Shown here: one piece after another, positions 9,558-20,517 of the stretch
Numbering within the stretch: position 1 is the stretch's first letter
Layout of the letters: each line of letters starts with the position of its first letter
NCBI GenBank assembly: GCA_017475005.1
Contig: JAFVGI010000039.1
Coordinates: 3,509-67,508 of the forward strand
Source of the DNA: Prevotella sp.
Lineage (GTDB): Bacteria; Bacteroidota; Bacteroidia; Bacteroidales; Bacteroidaceae
Reading direction: 5' to 3'
DNA: 64,000 bases
The notes under the pieces: model-generated
What the model saw: only the letters and a program-made list of their open reading frames with translations
The model's database searches: none
What the model was told of the DNA's origin: nothing
Translations under genes and position numbers: made by a program

Positions 9558-11621
9558 TTAGGCCTTATTTTCGTTTTCGTTTTGGTTTTGGTTTTGATCT
9601 TCGATCGAAGCACCTTCCGCTCGGCATACTGAAAGCGAGCTTTCGTCTGCTCTCGCTTGCTCGGTGTTTTGGTTTATTTTCTCATTGCTCTCAATGATTT
9701 CCTCTGCACGAGAAGCCCATGGGCGCTTGCCAAAGATGCGTTCCACATCCTCTGCAAATATCACCTCACGCTGCATCAAGAGGTCTGCCAACTCATTATG
9801 TCCCTCACGATGTTCCTCTAACAGGGCCTTAGCACGAGCATACTGCTCATTGACCATCTTCAGCACCTCGGAATCAATAACCTTTGCTGTTTCCTCCGAA
9901 TATGGCTTCGTGAAGTTATAGTCATTGTTGTCATAATAGCAGATATTCGGCAGGATATCACTCATACCATATACAGCTATCATGCTCTGTGCCATCTTCG
10001 TAGAACGCTCGAGGTCATTCATGGCACCTGTTGAGATATGTCCCGTGAAGAGTTCTTCCGCAGCACGTCCGCCAAGTAGTGAGCACATCTCATCGAGCAG
10101 CTGTTCCTTAGTAGTGAGCTGGCGCTCTTCCGGCAGATACCATGCAGCACCAAGAGCCCTGCCACGAGGTACGATGCTCACCTTTACCAACGGATTAGCA
10201 TGCTGACAGAACCATGAGCAGGTAGCATGTCCTGCCTCATGAAGGGCAACAGCACGCTTTTCGTCATTCGTCATCACCTTGGTCTTCTTCTCCAAGCCAC
10301 CGATGATACGGTCAACAGCATCGAGGAAGTCCTGCTTGGTAACGAGCTTTGAGTTATGGCGGGCTGCTATCAGGGCCGCCTCGTTACATACATTTGCGAT
10401 ATCAGCACCAGAGAAACCCGGAGTCTGACGAGCCAAGAGGTCTATATCGAGGTTTTCGTCAACCTTTATAGGACGCAGATGCACCTGAAAAATCTCCTTT
10501 CTCTCGGTAAGGTCAGGGAGGTCCACATGTATCTCACGGTCGAAACGGCCAGCACGCAGCAGTGCCTTATCGAGCATATCGACACGGTTGGTAGCTGCCA
10601 TAATGATGACACCAGAGTTAGTGCCAAAGCCATCCATCTCTGTTAGCAAGGCATTCAAAGTATTCTCACGCTCATCATTGCCACCATAGCCAGGATTCTT
10701 GCTTCGTGCACGACCGATGGCATCGATTTCATCGATAAAGATGATACTTGGTGCCTTTGCCTTTGCCTGAGCAAAAGTATCACGCACACGAGAAGCTCCG
10801 ACACCGACGAACATCTCGACAAAGTCAGAACCGGACATTGAGAGGAATGGTACTCCAGCCTCTCCTGCCACTGCCTTTGCCAGCAATGTCTTACCCGTTC
10901 CTGGAGGGCCTACCAAGAGGGCTCCCTTAGGAATCTTACCACCCAGTTCGGTATATTTCTGTGGTTGCTTGAGGAAGTCGACAATCTCCTGCACCTCCTG
11001 CTTTGCCCCTGCCTGACCAGCGACATCCTTGAAGGTGATACCGAGGGTATTTCCCTTCTCTATCATCTGTGCCTTGGACCGTCCAACGGAGAAGATGCCT
11101 CCGATGCCACCGCCTCCACCGCCACTGCTGAAGCGGTTCATGAGGAAGAACCAGATAAAGATAAAGAGCACCCATGGTGCGAGACTGATGAGGAAGTCGA
11201 GAATGCCATTACGAGAAGGATCTTCATAAACCAGTTCACCCTTGAACTTACCCTTCGCACGCTCAGCTTCCAGAAAAGCCTCCACCTGGTCAACACTACC
11301 ATAGAACACCTCCACATATGGCGCATCACCCGTCTGGTCCTTGCCCTGATGGAACAAGTCCCTGACGTTCTCGGAACGCACATACATACGGAGTTTTGAT
11401 TCCTGTTTGTTGACAACAACACTCTTGGCATAGCCGCGATCGACGTATGCTTTGAAATTAGAATATGATGCACGACGAACGGCACTCTGGCCTATCGACT
11501 GATCTCCATCTGTAAAGAATATGACGCCAAGTGTTATGATGATAACAAGATAAATCCAACTCATGTTGAATTTTGGCATCCGAGGTGGTCTTTTACCACT
11601 CATTGAAGCATTTGATGGCAT
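9558..11621 (-). CDS. ftsH: ATP-dependent zinc metalloprotease FtsH
   Basis: Two TM segments, [16 protein letters not shown]. Confidence 0.97.
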   Translation of the reverse strand: MPSNASMSGKRPPRMPKFNMSWIYLVIIITLGVIFFTDGDQSIGQSAVRRASYSNFKAYVDRGYAKSVVVNKQESKLRMYVRSENVRDLFHQGKDQTGDAPYVEVFYGSVDQVEAFLEAERAKGKFKGELVYEDPSRNGILDFLISLAPWVLFIFIWFFLMNRFSSGGGGGGIGGIFSVGRSKAQMIEKGNTLGITFKDVAGQAGAKQEVQEIVDFLKQPQKYTELGGKIPKGALLVGPPGTGKTLLAKAVAGEAGVPFLSMSGSDFVEMFVGVGASRVRDTFAQAKAKAPSIIFIDEIDAIGRARSKNPGYGGNDERENTLNALLTEMDGFGTNSGVIIMAATNRVDMLDKALLRAGRFDREIHVDLPDLTERKEIFQVHLRPIKVDENLDIDLLARQTPGFSGADIANVCNEAALIAARHNSKLVTKQDFLDAVDRIIGGLEKKTKVMTNDEKRAVALHEAGHATCSWFCQHANPLVKVSIVPRGRALGAAWYLPEERQLTTKEQLLDEMCSLLGGRAAEELFTGHISTGAMNDLERSTKMAQSMIAVYGMSDILPNICYYDNNDYNFTKPYSEETAKVIDSEVLKMVNEQYARAKALLEEHREGHNELADLLMQREVIFAEDVERIFGKRPWASRAEEIIESNEKINQNTEQARADESSLSVCRAEGASIEDQNQNQNENENKA

Positions 11622-11629
11622 TTATTATA

Positions 11630-11696
11630 GTTAAGAGTTAAGAATTAAGAGTTAAGAGTTAAGAATTAAGAGTTAAGAATTAAAAGTTAAGAGTTA
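11630..11696 (-). repeat. Heptamer array (TAACTCT/TAATTCT, about 9 units) between rsfS and ftsH
   Basis: Begins with the rsfS stop codon TAA. Confidence 0.95.
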
Positions 11697-12056
11697 CTCT
11701 TCATCGGGGATTTCGGTCACAGTGGCATCTTGCCATAGTGACTCAATGTCATAGAAATCGTGTGCCTCTGGGAGGAAGATGTGTACGATGATGTCAACAT
11801 AATCCATTGCAACCCAATAGCAGTTCTCCATACCGACGATTTTGATAGGTTTCTCACCCAGTTCTACACGCATCACCTCTTCGACATTATCGGCAATGGC
11901 AGATATCTGAGAAGGAGAGCCACCCTGACATATTACAAAGGCCTGACAGATGACACCATCCATGCCCTGCATGTCGATGACACTGATTCCACGACCTTTC
12001 TTATCCTTTATTGCCTTTACGGCTGTTTCTGTTAGTTTTTGTATCTGTTCTGTCAT
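11694..12056 (-). CDS. rsfS: Ribosome silencing factor
   Basis: DKKG, FVIC.G.S..QI.AI, WVAMDY.DIIVHIF, FYDIESLW; start placed at 12056 because promoter TATATTTG overlaps the track start at 12077. Confidence 0.92.
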   Translation of the reverse strand: MTEQIQKLTETAVKAIKDKKGRGISVIDMQGMDGVICQAFVICQGGSPSQISAIADNVEEVMRVELGEKPIKIVGMENCYWVAMDYVDIIVHIFLPEAHDFYDIESLWQDATVTEIPDEE

Positions 12057-12119
12057 TTTACAAATTTTTGGGTGCAAATATACAAAAAAATATCCATTTA
12101 TGCAAAAAGGTCGGAAAAA

Positions 12120-13568
12120 CTATTCCTCTTTTTGTTGTTTTGGGGTAGGAACGAAGCCCAAAGCTGCCACCAGACAGCTCATAATAGGACTTATTATATT
12201 GAAAAAGCAGAATGGCAGATAGACAATTGTCGGAATTCCTAATACCGTACTCTGTGTCATACCACATGCTGTCCAAGGCACTAGCACTGATGTCACAGTA
12301 GAAGAGTCTTCTGTGCTTCGGCTGAGCAACTCCGGTCGATAGCCACGTTTCTCATATTCCTTACGGAAGATGGAGGCATTCATGATGATAGAGAGGAACT
12401 GGTCACCCATTATCATATTGAGAAGTACACCAGAAACGACTGTAGAGGCGACAAGACTCACAGTATTGCGAACAGCGCGCAACAAAACAGTTGTCAGGCT
12501 TTCGAGCATTCTGCTGACTACCATACAAGCGCCAAAACAGAAGGCGCACAGGATGAGCCATATAGTATCTAACATACCAGCCATACCACGTGTGGCAACA
12601 AGACTGTTGATAGAGTCATAACCAGTATCTACATGAGTAGAAGTATAGCATACCTTCATAATGCCCTGCATGAGACTTGCTGCTGTAACAGTGCCCTCAC
12701 CACTTATGGAAGACACCACATCTGTCTGAAGAATCAAAGCACAGAGACAAGCAGCAAAAGATGACAGGACCAGAGTAACAATAGACGGCACCTTTTTGTA
12801 AATAAGGAATCCTGTAAACAATGGTACCAGCATTGTCCATAATGAGATATTGAAAGTACCGTCAAGAGCTGTAGTATATTGAGATATCTCTACATCTTTT
12901 CCACCAAACTGAAATCCGATAAAAAGATATATCAGCAGAGAAATAGTGATGCTCGGCACTGTAGTGTACATCATATACCGGATGTGCGAGAATAAATCAG
13001 CCTTTGCCATTGATGATGCCAGAACAGTAGTATCAGACATTGGAGACATCTTATCGCCAAAGTAAGCGCCAGATATTATGGCACCGGCACACAGGGCAGA
13101 CGGAATGCCAAGGGCTTCACCAATACCCAGAAGGGCAATACCGATTGTTGCGATGGTGGTCCATGAGGTTCCCGTCATTACAGAGATTAGTGCGGAAATG
13201 ATACAGGCGCACGGCAGGAAGACAGCAGGAGACATTATCTGCACGCCATAATATATTAAGGTGGGGACGACACCGCTTATCATCCATGTACTTGACATCA
13301 TACCTATCATCAGCAGGATGAGGACTGAGACTGCGGCATCACCGACAGTCGCCTGTATAGACATCTCAAATGATGACCATGACACCTTATAGACAAGCAT
13401 AGAGATACCCACACAGACTGCTGTTGCGAATATCAATGCCAACTGACTGGCGCCACTCAGGGCATCATCAGGTAAATAAACCAGGATAAGAACAATTAAT
13501 GAGATAAGAGTCAGTAACGGCAGTGCCGAAATCAATGGATTTGGTGCTTTTTTCTCTTTATTTTCCAT
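12120..13568 (-). CDS. nhaC: Na+/H+ antiporter, NhaC family
   Basis: GTSWTT, GAIISGAYFGDKMSPMSDTT. Confidence 0.88.
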   Translation of the reverse strand: MENKEKKAPNPLISALPLLTLISLIVLILVYLPDDALSGASQLALIFATAVCVGISMLVYKVSWSSFEMSIQATVGDAAVSVLILLMIGMMSSTWMISGVVPTLIYYGVQIMSPAVFLPCACIISALISVMTGTSWTTIATIGIALLGIGEALGIPSALCAGAIISGAYFGDKMSPMSDTTVLASSMAKADLFSHIRYMMYTTVPSITISLLIYLFIGFQFGGKDVEISQYTTALDGTFNISLWTMLVPLFTGFLIYKKVPSIVTLVLSSFAACLCALILQTDVVSSISGEGTVTAASLMQGIMKVCYTSTHVDTGYDSINSLVATRGMAGMLDTIWLILCAFCFGACMVVSRMLESLTTVLLRAVRNTVSLVASTVVSGVLLNMIMGDQFLSIIMNASIFRKEYEKRGYRPELLSRSTEDSSTVTSVLVPWTACGMTQSTVLGIPTIVYLPFCFFNIISPIMSCLVAALGFVPTPKQQKEE

Positions 13569-13586
13569 TTTTTATATATTTTGGTG

Positions 13587-13615
13587 CAAATTTACATCTT
13601 TTTTTTGTAATTTTG
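13587..13615. promoter_or_regulatory. Divergent -7 elements for nhaC (TAAATTTG, minus) and the OMP gene (TAATTTTG, plus)
   Basis: Two TAnnTTTG motifs in the 70-bp divergent spacer. Confidence 0.6.
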
Positions 13616-13638
13616 CGCCACAATTACCAAAATTTATT

Positions 13639-15396
13639 ATGAAAAAAATAAAATTAGTCTTTTTTAGCGCCCTTTTCTTATTGGGCAATCTGACCATTTC
13701 GGCAGATGACATCATTGAACATAGAGGCGATCGCTACGTTATTCACGTAGAAGCCCTAAATCCTGACAGTGAGATGACCTTATTGGATGTTCTGCATCTT
13801 TGTCCGGAATTAATTTCCTATGACGGTAAGAACATCACCAACGGCTACAGGCTGCGTATAAACAACACAGCCCTTGCTGTTGATCAGGAAACCGTTCTTG
13901 AGAACATCAAGGCGAGTGAACTGAAGTATGTGCAGATTTGTAACTACACATCAGCTGCAAAAGGTGTCAATGGCGGCGGTGGTGTCATTGACATATACTA
14001 CAAGCCACAAGAGGGAACATCAGGCAAGGTGGCCATCGAAGGCAGCACCTATGGAAATGGTAAGCTTTATACTGACATTAAGTCAAAAGTATCAGAAAAC
14101 CTTACCCTGACAGGATATGCCATGACCAACCAGCAATACACAAAGGGATACCCCACTGATGGTGGCACCTTAAAATCACGCAACACCTCAGAGGCCGCCC
14201 ACCTTCTTATCGACTGGAACATGAGCAAGAAAGACAATCTCAAGATTAAACTCTATCAGCAGTTTATTGATTATAAGGATAAGATAACAGATATCACCAA
14301 TAGCACGATGGTTTTTCCTATGATAAACCGTTATAGCGACATGGTTGCAACGTACGAGCACACATTAAACGACAATGGGGCATTATTGATATTTGAAGGC
14401 GGAGTTGATTATCTAAGCACCAGTTCTGAATTTGGAGCCTTCGATAGCAACACAAATTCTTTCAGAGAGACTGCTCCTTATTTCTTCATTGAGACTAACT
14501 ACCCTGTTTTGAATAATGAGCTGTGGATAATGTTGGGTTGGGAAATTGACTATGACAATTCATGGTACAAAGGCGTTAGCCGAGAACAGTACATGTTTAA
14601 CAACATATACCTGCAATTCGACTATTCCCATGGCCCTTGGGTATTCACCCTGGGTGACCGTTTCAGGCACCTCAACTATTGGAATCGTCTGGCTGACCCT
14701 AATGACAATGGTTTGTGGTCACACAATCGTAATAACCACGGCTTTGTTGCTTCCGCTGGCTATAAGACCAAAGGACACTTTATACAGGCAGCCTTTGACC
14801 GCGACCATTACGTCCCTAGTGTAGAGTTAGACTTCTTTGGAGACAAGATAGACGGAAAGAGAACTTACAACACCGACTACAAGACCAATCTTATCTGGCG
14901 TGCAGAAGCACGTTACACATACCAAAATGAGAATTTCGTATTCTTTGGTAACGTACTCCACACATGGATGAACGACCTGCCTGGTCCTAATGAGCAGACA
15001 ACAGGCATCAGGACATCTGCTACATGGAACAAGGGGCCTTTGAGACTTACTGCAGGTGTCAACTACTACCATTATCATGTCAATGCTACGCCGACCGAAG
15101 GTGGCAAGCACGAAAATTATTACACTTTGAAACTGGCACCAACGCTCCTGTTAGGCAAAGGATTTAGGGTGTCTTCTGTATTACTTTACTGCAGTCGTCA
15201 GAAGTTGCATGACATACATCCACACCTCTATTCTTCAGTAAAGGTGAATAAGGACTTCGGTCGTCACTTCAATGTCTTTGCCGACTTCCATGATTTAGCA
15301 GGTATGCCGACAATGACATCCCTGGAAATGATTAATGCTTATAACAAACGAGCTCTGACAGTGGGCATGACATATCGATTCGGAGGCAAGAAGTAA
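13639..15396 (+). CDS. Outer-membrane beta-barrel protein with a plug-like N-terminus
   Basis: Signal peptide, GGGGVIDI plug-like motif, amphipathic strands, terminal VGMTYRF. Confidence 0.65.
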   Translation: MKKIKLVFFSALFLLGNLTISADDIIEHRGDRYVIHVEALNPDSEMTLLDVLHLCPELISYDGKNITNGYRLRINNTALAVDQETVLENIKASELKYVQICNYTSAAKGVNGGGGVIDIYYKPQEGTSGKVAIEGSTYGNGKLYTDIKSKVSENLTLTGYAMTNQQYTKGYPTDGGTLKSRNTSEAAHLLIDWNMSKKDNLKIKLYQQFIDYKDKITDITNSTMVFPMINRYSDMVATYEHTLNDNGALLIFEGGVDYLSTSSEFGAFDSNTNSFRETAPYFFIETNYPVLNNELWIMLGWEIDYDNSWYKGVSREQYMFNNIYLQFDYSHGPWVFTLGDRFRHLNYWNRLADPNDNGLWSHNRNNHGFVASAGYKTKGHFIQAAFDRDHYVPSVELDFFGDKIDGKRTYNTDYKTNLIWRAEARYTYQNENFVFFGNVLHTWMNDLPGPNEQTTGIRTSATWNKGPLRLTAGVNYYHYHVNATPTEGGKHENYYTLKLAPTLLLGKGFRVSSVLLYCSRQKLHDIHPHLYSSVKVNKDFGRHFNVFADFHDLAGMPTMTSLEMINAYNKRALTVGMTYRFGGKK

Positions 15397-15410
15397 AGAG
15401 TTTCTTATTC

Positions 15411-15537
15411 TTGCATTTCTCATAACTTATTCGTACCTTTGACCTGACGGTCGAAGGTACTTTCGTTCGAAAATACAAACAAAATAAAAAAAAATCTTAT
15501 TTTTGTTTGGTATTTTGCTCACTTATTCGTACCTTTG
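15411..15537 (+). promoter_or_regulatory. Tandem duplicated promoters upstream of tRNA-Gln
   Basis: 17-bp direct repeat ACTTATTCGTACCTTTG at 15425 and 15521, each with a TTG 20 nt upstream of TACCTTTG. Confidence 0.75.
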
Positions 15538-15568
15538 CAGCGCAATTTTCAAAAATTGTCTATTGGAT

Positions 15569-15639
15569 TGTCCTATGGTGTAATGGTAGCACAACAGGTT
15601 TTGGTTCTGTTTGTGGTGGTTCGAATCCGCCTAGGACAA
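15569..15639 (+). tRNA. tRNA-Gln(TTG)
   Basis: Acceptor TGTCCTA/TAGGACA, D-arm TGGTGTAATGGTAGCAC, anticodon arm ACAGG-TTTTGGT-TCTGT, T-loop GGTTCGAATCC; CCA not encoded. Confidence 0.95.
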
Positions 15640-15642
15640 CAT

Positions 15643-15674
15643 AAAAAGGCTAGCAGTTTTTTGCTAGCCTTTTT
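15643..15674. terminator. Bidirectional intrinsic terminator
   Basis: AAAAAGGCTAGCA-loop-TGCTAGCCTTTTT. Confidence 0.85.
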
Positions 15675-15694
15675 CCTTTAAATATGAATATGTA

Positions 15695-18600
15695 TTACCA
15701 CGCCTTTTCAATTTCAGTTCCCTGATAATAGAACTTCAGGATATCGTCATAAGGTATTCCCTTGGCGCCCATTACAGCGGCTCCTATCTGACACAACCCT
15801 ACTCCATGGCCCCAGCCTTTACCATTTAATATAAAGCGGGCCGGATATGCATTCTTGGTCTTATCGGCATGTCCCAAAAGCCTGTCCTTCAGTTCTCCTG
15901 CCTGTCCGAGCAAGGTATCACTCTTCTGTGAAGTGGCAACAGTGAAGGCTGAGCTATAGAGACATGAACGTGACAGGGCCTTGCGAATAGCAAGTTCCTT
16001 ACCAATCACCTTCTCTGCCTTATCGCCCACGATGCGCAATGAAGAGATACGACCACTCTTTCCGCGCTCCAGGGCCTCAAGGCTCAGGATATGTCCGAAG
16101 TCTATTCCGAGGTTATCCTGCAGGATTGACGCCAGTTCCTCCTGGGTATATGTTACGAGCCAATCATGGAAATCCAACGTCTCCTGGTCATAGTCTCTCA
16201 ACACCTCAGAAAGTATCTTCTTATCCTGGGTATTACAGTATGGGTCCTGAACAGAACGCAGGTATGGCTTCTTTATATTCTCCCAGCAATACTGGAATTC
16301 CTCAGTAATACCGCCACAGCACTTGGAATAGCGAGTATCACATATCTCACCCTGATAAGCCAGCACCTGACCACATGTTTCTCTCACCGCCTGTGCCACC
16401 GTAGGATTTACTGAAGAAGTAATTCCCTGATACCTCTGACAATGGTCATCGGCACACACATCATACAACTCATGTGTTGCAGGACGTGACGTCGCCATCA
16501 GCCACGAACGCGAGATAATAGCATGCGCCTTAAGGAGTTCGAGAGACGATGTAGCAGACATCTCCGAGGTTATGACACTCTCGATATACTTCTCTACCGG
16601 CAACTCGTTTATCGCCGTTACGCCATCCTTCTCCACCACGAAATGAAGAGTTCCGACGAAGGTCTGTGTCTGCTGACGCTCCCAATGGAAGCCAATGCCT
16701 ATCATCACATTCTCCAAAGAGAAGGTTCCCGGCTTATTATCACCTATTGAATCAGTACCTCCATTTTCAGCAGGAGTGAATGTCAGTTCCTTATATAATG
16801 TACCATTCCATCGGATAGCACCATCAGCATACTCTGCTGTCTGCTGACCTGTTACGGTTTGTCCCTTTGCGATATAATCGCCATGAAGAGTGAAGTGTAT
16901 TTCTATAGCCCGAACGATGCCCACCTTAACATTAGGTGCCTGTGCCATACGAGTGATAGAAGTAGCAGGAAGAGGGGCCTGAGTAGGAGTATTCACATCC
17001 TTCTTTATTCTATCAGAAATATCCTCTGCTGTCCGCATAGTGATGCTCACCTCCTGAAGGATAGCCGTTGCCTGCTCTACCGTCACGGCATTAAAATCCT
17101 CTTCCCTCGGTGTTATTATCAGTCCAGCCATATCGAGAGCACCAGGTGACACCATTGGATTAGGATATGCAGCCGGACGATGGTTGCTACGTGGGAACAC
17201 AAGGGTGATATACTCACTGTCCTGCTTCCACGCAATGATATTCATCATCGGTTCACCTTTACCAGTATCCATTGCACGATAGAGTCGATGGAAATAATTC
17301 TCTTCCGTCTTCGCATCAGTTGTTACGATGGCAAATACAGGACATACATAGTCAGTGATAAGAGCCAGTTTCTCACCCTCATCATTATCAAGAATTACTT
17401 GCATGGTATTCTTGAGACGTTTCCATGCCGTCTGAATGGGCACAACACCAGACGTACCGGCTTGGAAATGCATATGGTCTGGAGCAGACGCCCCACATAA
17501 AGGACCATTATAGAACACCATAATGCGAGAATTGCGACGCAGCAACTGACGGATGGTGCCAAAATGCTTGTATATAGACTGTGGCTCATGCGCCACCAAA
17601 GGTATAGTAAAGTGTTCCGGCAAGATAGGGAATGGATTGACGAGAAGTTCGTACGGAGAATCCCTATCAATCTTTATCAGCTTTGAGAGCTGCTCCTCAG
17701 GACGATTTTCCTTGCATAGGAAGCAACGACGCTTCATCAGGGCAGACTTCTCAATATTAGCCCCTGTTGACACGATACGGGCAGGATTATACTGCACCTT
17801 CAGTTCATCCAACTCCTTCACCTTCACATTAGCAAGATCTGCATAGCGCTTGCGAGCAGCATCCCATCGCTCCAGCTGACGGTTATGGAAACGCTGCAAG
17901 GCATCGCCCATATTCACCTTCAGCAAGCCCTCATTCACCTGCTGACGGGCCTTTATCTCTATTGTGCGCAGACGGTCTTTATAAAGGTTGTTGGCATTCA
18001 CCTTCTCTATGCTGAGCGCTGCATCACTATTACCACTCCATCTACGGCACAGATACAACTCATCATAGATGCGACCAATTCTGAAGAAACGAGAAAAGGC
18101 AAGACCAATAGCATAGTCTTCTCCATAGCTGGTATTGGGGAATCCGATATGACGTATCAGCGGTGTAAAGAAGGCACGGGGAGCACCGAGACCATTGATA
18201 CGCAAAGCATTGTTAGGGCCATTCTCGTCCGTCCACTCCTTATGGTCTATGATGCCAGGAGGAAGGGTTTCGAGATTAAAGTCGCAGATGCGATATGTAC
18301 CTATTATCATAGCAGCCTTCTGACGATAGAAAGCATCCACTATACGTTGAAGAGTCTTTGGACTTGAATATATATCATCGCTATCCAACTGAACCGCGAA
18401 ACGTCCACAGTAATCAGAATGGATGGCCTCATTCCAACAGCCGCCAATACCCAAATCAGTACGTTCCGGAATGATATGTATCAGACGTTTATCACTTATG
18501 CTACCGAGAATAAATGGTGTCTGATCTGTAGAATGATTGTCGACAACGATGACATTAAACGGAAACTTCGTCTCCTGAGAGAGAGCACTCTTCACTGCAT

Positions 18601-19276
18601 CGGCAATGGTCTTCTCACGGTTGAAAACAGGTATTACGACAGATGCCTCATATTCAAAGTCCTGTTCGTTAAAGTCAACCTCCAACAATTTGGTAGTATC
18701 CACCTTAGCGCCTATAGCAGTAAGATGTATTGTTGCAGCCTGTTCCATCTCAATCTGGAGGCTACGGTTTTGAGGATTGACATAATCAAATTGTTTTGCT
18801 CCACTCGCACGAGTGTCCCGTTCCTGTTCGGTATACAGATACTCATTCAGATGAAACAGTTCGCCACTACGCTGCAGGAACAGACGGAAAGCATACCATG
18901 CAGCATAGGCATATTGTTGTTTCTGCTGTTTCAGGAAAGAACGCAGCAAGCTGGAGCGCACAAGCACCAACTGGCCGAAATCAAAGTCATCACGAATAGA
19001 ACCCTCCTGATAATCGATAGCAGGACACTTACGGATTTCTTTCTTGCCATCAATATTTACCTCTTGGTATCTATCGGCATAGACAAGAACAGAAGCCGTC
19101 TCACGCATAACACGCTGCATACGGGCCAGTGCATTCTGACCGAGTACATAAGGAGTAGGTTTTAGTGACAACAGAACAAACTCAGTCTTTATCTGCTCCG
19201 CTATTGCGGTCATTTGTTCTGAAGAAACAATCCCAGGGCTACCGGGACAAAGGGTAAAAACATCAATATTAACCAT
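15695..19276 (-). CDS. Fusion protein: GT2 glycosyltransferase + DUF4922 (HIT/GalT-like phosphorylase) + SpoIID/LytB domain
   Basis: SVVIPVFNRE/VQLDSDD; NPFPILPEH, CGASAPDHMHFQ; LLKAHAIISRS, DVCADDHCQRYQG, GWGHGVGLCQIGA. Confidence 0.85.
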   Translation of the reverse strand: MVNIDVFTLCPGSPGIVSSEQMTAIAEQIKTEFVLLSLKPTPYVLGQNALARMQRVMRETASVLVYADRYQEVNIDGKKEIRKCPAIDYQEGSIRDDFDFGQLVLVRSSLLRSFLKQQKQQYAYAAWYAFRLFLQRSGELFHLNEYLYTEQERDTRASGAKQFDYVNPQNRSLQIEMEQAATIHLTAIGAKVDTTKLLEVDFNEQDFEYEASVVIPVFNREKTIADAVKSALSQETKFPFNVIVVDNHSTDQTPFILGSISDKRLIHIIPERTDLGIGGCWNEAIHSDYCGRFAVQLDSDDIYSSPKTLQRIVDAFYRQKAAMIIGTYRICDFNLETLPPGIIDHKEWTDENGPNNALRINGLGAPRAFFTPLIRHIGFPNTSYGEDYAIGLAFSRFFRIGRIYDELYLCRRWSGNSDAALSIEKVNANNLYKDRLRTIEIKARQQVNEGLLKVNMGDALQRFHNRQLERWDAARKRYADLANVKVKELDELKVQYNPARIVSTGANIEKSALMKRRCFLCKENRPEEQLSKLIKIDRDSPYELLVNPFPILPEHFTIPLVAHEPQSIYKHFGTIRQLLRRNSRIMVFYNGPLCGASAPDHMHFQAGTSGVVPIQTAWKRLKNTMQVILDNDEGEKLALITDYVCPVFAIVTTDAKTEENYFHRLYRAMDTGKGEPMMNIIAWKQDSEYITLVFPRSNHRPAAYPNPMVSPGALDMAGLIITPREEDFNAVTVEQATAILQEVSITMRTAEDISDRIKKDVNTPTQAPLPATSITRMAQAPNVKVGIVRAIEIHFTLHGDYIAKGQTVTGQQTAEYADGAIRWNGTLYKELTFTPAENGGTDSIGDNKPGTFSLENVMIGIGFHWERQQTQTFVGTLHFVVEKDGVTAINELPVEKYIESVITSEMSATSSLELLKAHAIISRSWLMATSRPATHELYDVCADDHCQRYQGITSSVNPTVAQAVRETCGQVLAYQGEICDTRYSKCCGGITEEFQYCWENIKKPYLRSVQDPYCNTQDKKILSEVLRDYDQETLDFHDWLVTYTQEELASILQDNLGIDFGHILSLEALERGKSGRISSLRIVGDKAEKVIGKELAIRKALSRSCLYSSAFTVATSQKSDTLLGQAGELKDRLLGHADKTKNAYPARFILNGKGWGHGVGLCQIGAAVMGAKGIPYDDILKFYYQGTEIEKAW

Positions 19277-20510
19277 GTTTACGAATACGTAGGGTTACCA
19301 ATGAACTTATGAATCCAATTATAACGACTGTCACAAAGACACCCAAGACATCAATATAATGTACGCTGACAGGATAGGCATCGACGATGAATGAGCCATC
19401 GGCATCGCCAAGAGTCACTATGCCATATTGCTGTTGCAACAAGCATAGGAGCAAGCCGAATACAACACCAAGGACAGCGCCAAGGATGCTTATCGCCCAT
19501 CCCTCAAACAGAAATACATTCTTTATCAGGCTCTCACGTGCTCCCAAGGCACGCAAGGTCTGGGCATCAGCCCTCTTGTCAATGATAAGCATCGACAAAG
19601 AACCAATAATATTAAAGCATGCAACAACGAGAATGAAGGTAAGGAAGATATATGCTATCAACTTTTCCACCTTCATAATATTGAAGGTTTCTGACTGTTG
19701 CTCATATCTATCCAACACCTTAAAGTCCTTGCCACATATTCCCTGAATTTTCTTTTTCACATCAGGAATATACAAATCAGGCTTCAACTTCAGTTCCAAC
19801 GATGTTATCTCACCATCACATTGGAACAACATCCTTGCAAAACGCAGGGAAGTAATAATATAGTTTTTGTCATATCGAGCCTGCTGCACACAGAACACCA
19901 CACCCGGGGATATCAAGGAGTCAACAACAAAACCCTCAAGAGGGTTCATCAAATCCAACTGCCCCACTCTGTTTGGAGCATAGATATACAAGAATCCCTG
20001 ATAGCGGGCCGGCATATGCAATGTTTGTGCAAGGCGCAAGCCAGGAGTACCATATTCCAAATCTGCAGCTTGAAGTGCAAAATTCCCGTCACCATAGCAG
20101 ATGTCATTAATATGCGTCAGTTTGGTGAAAGAATCATCCACACCTTTTATGTACACCATAGACTGCTGGTCACCATACAGTGCCAGAGCCTGTTCCTCAA
20201 CACATTCGGTAGCGACAGCCACCTCGTCAAGGCTCTTTATCTCAACAAGTTTCGGATTATCTGCCGCACATGTCTTGCCAACAGCAGGTACTATCTTTAG
20301 CTGCGGGTCAAAACTGGTAAAAAAGGTAGCTACTAAATCAGAGAAGCCATTGAAGACACTTAATACAACCACGAGTGCCATCGTAGCCACCATAACGCCC
20401 ACTACACTGATAGCCGATATCACATTTATCACATTGGTACTCTTCTTGGAGAACAGATATCGGAGAGCAATATATAATGATGTGCGTAGTGAAGAGGTTG
20501 ACTGGCGCAT
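19269..20510 (-). CDS. lolE: LolC/E-family (FtsX-like) ABC permease
   Basis: IALRYL, LSVFNGF, VACFNIIGSL, LRALGA. Confidence 0.8.
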   Translation of the reverse strand: MRQSTSSLRTSLYIALRYLFSKKSTNVINVISAISVVGVMVATMALVVVLSVFNGFSDLVATFFTSFDPQLKIVPAVGKTCAADNPKLVEIKSLDEVAVATECVEEQALALYGDQQSMVYIKGVDDSFTKLTHINDICYGDGNFALQAADLEYGTPGLRLAQTLHMPARYQGFLYIYAPNRVGQLDLMNPLEGFVVDSLISPGVVFCVQQARYDKNYIITSLRFARMLFQCDGEITSLELKLKPDLYIPDVKKKIQGICGKDFKVLDRYEQQSETFNIMKVEKLIAYIFLTFILVVACFNIIGSLSMLIIDKRADAQTLRALGARESLIKNVFLFEGWAISILGAVLGVVFGLLLCLLQQQYGIVTLGDADGSFIVDAYPVSVHYIDVLGVFVTVVIIGFISSLVTLRIRKHG

Positions 20511-20517
20511 GGTGTTT

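Noticed and set aside
15569-15694. Integrative element at tRNA-Gln
   Set aside because: No integrase and no duplicated tRNA 3' end noticed; the tRNA is followed directly by a terminator and a conserved gene
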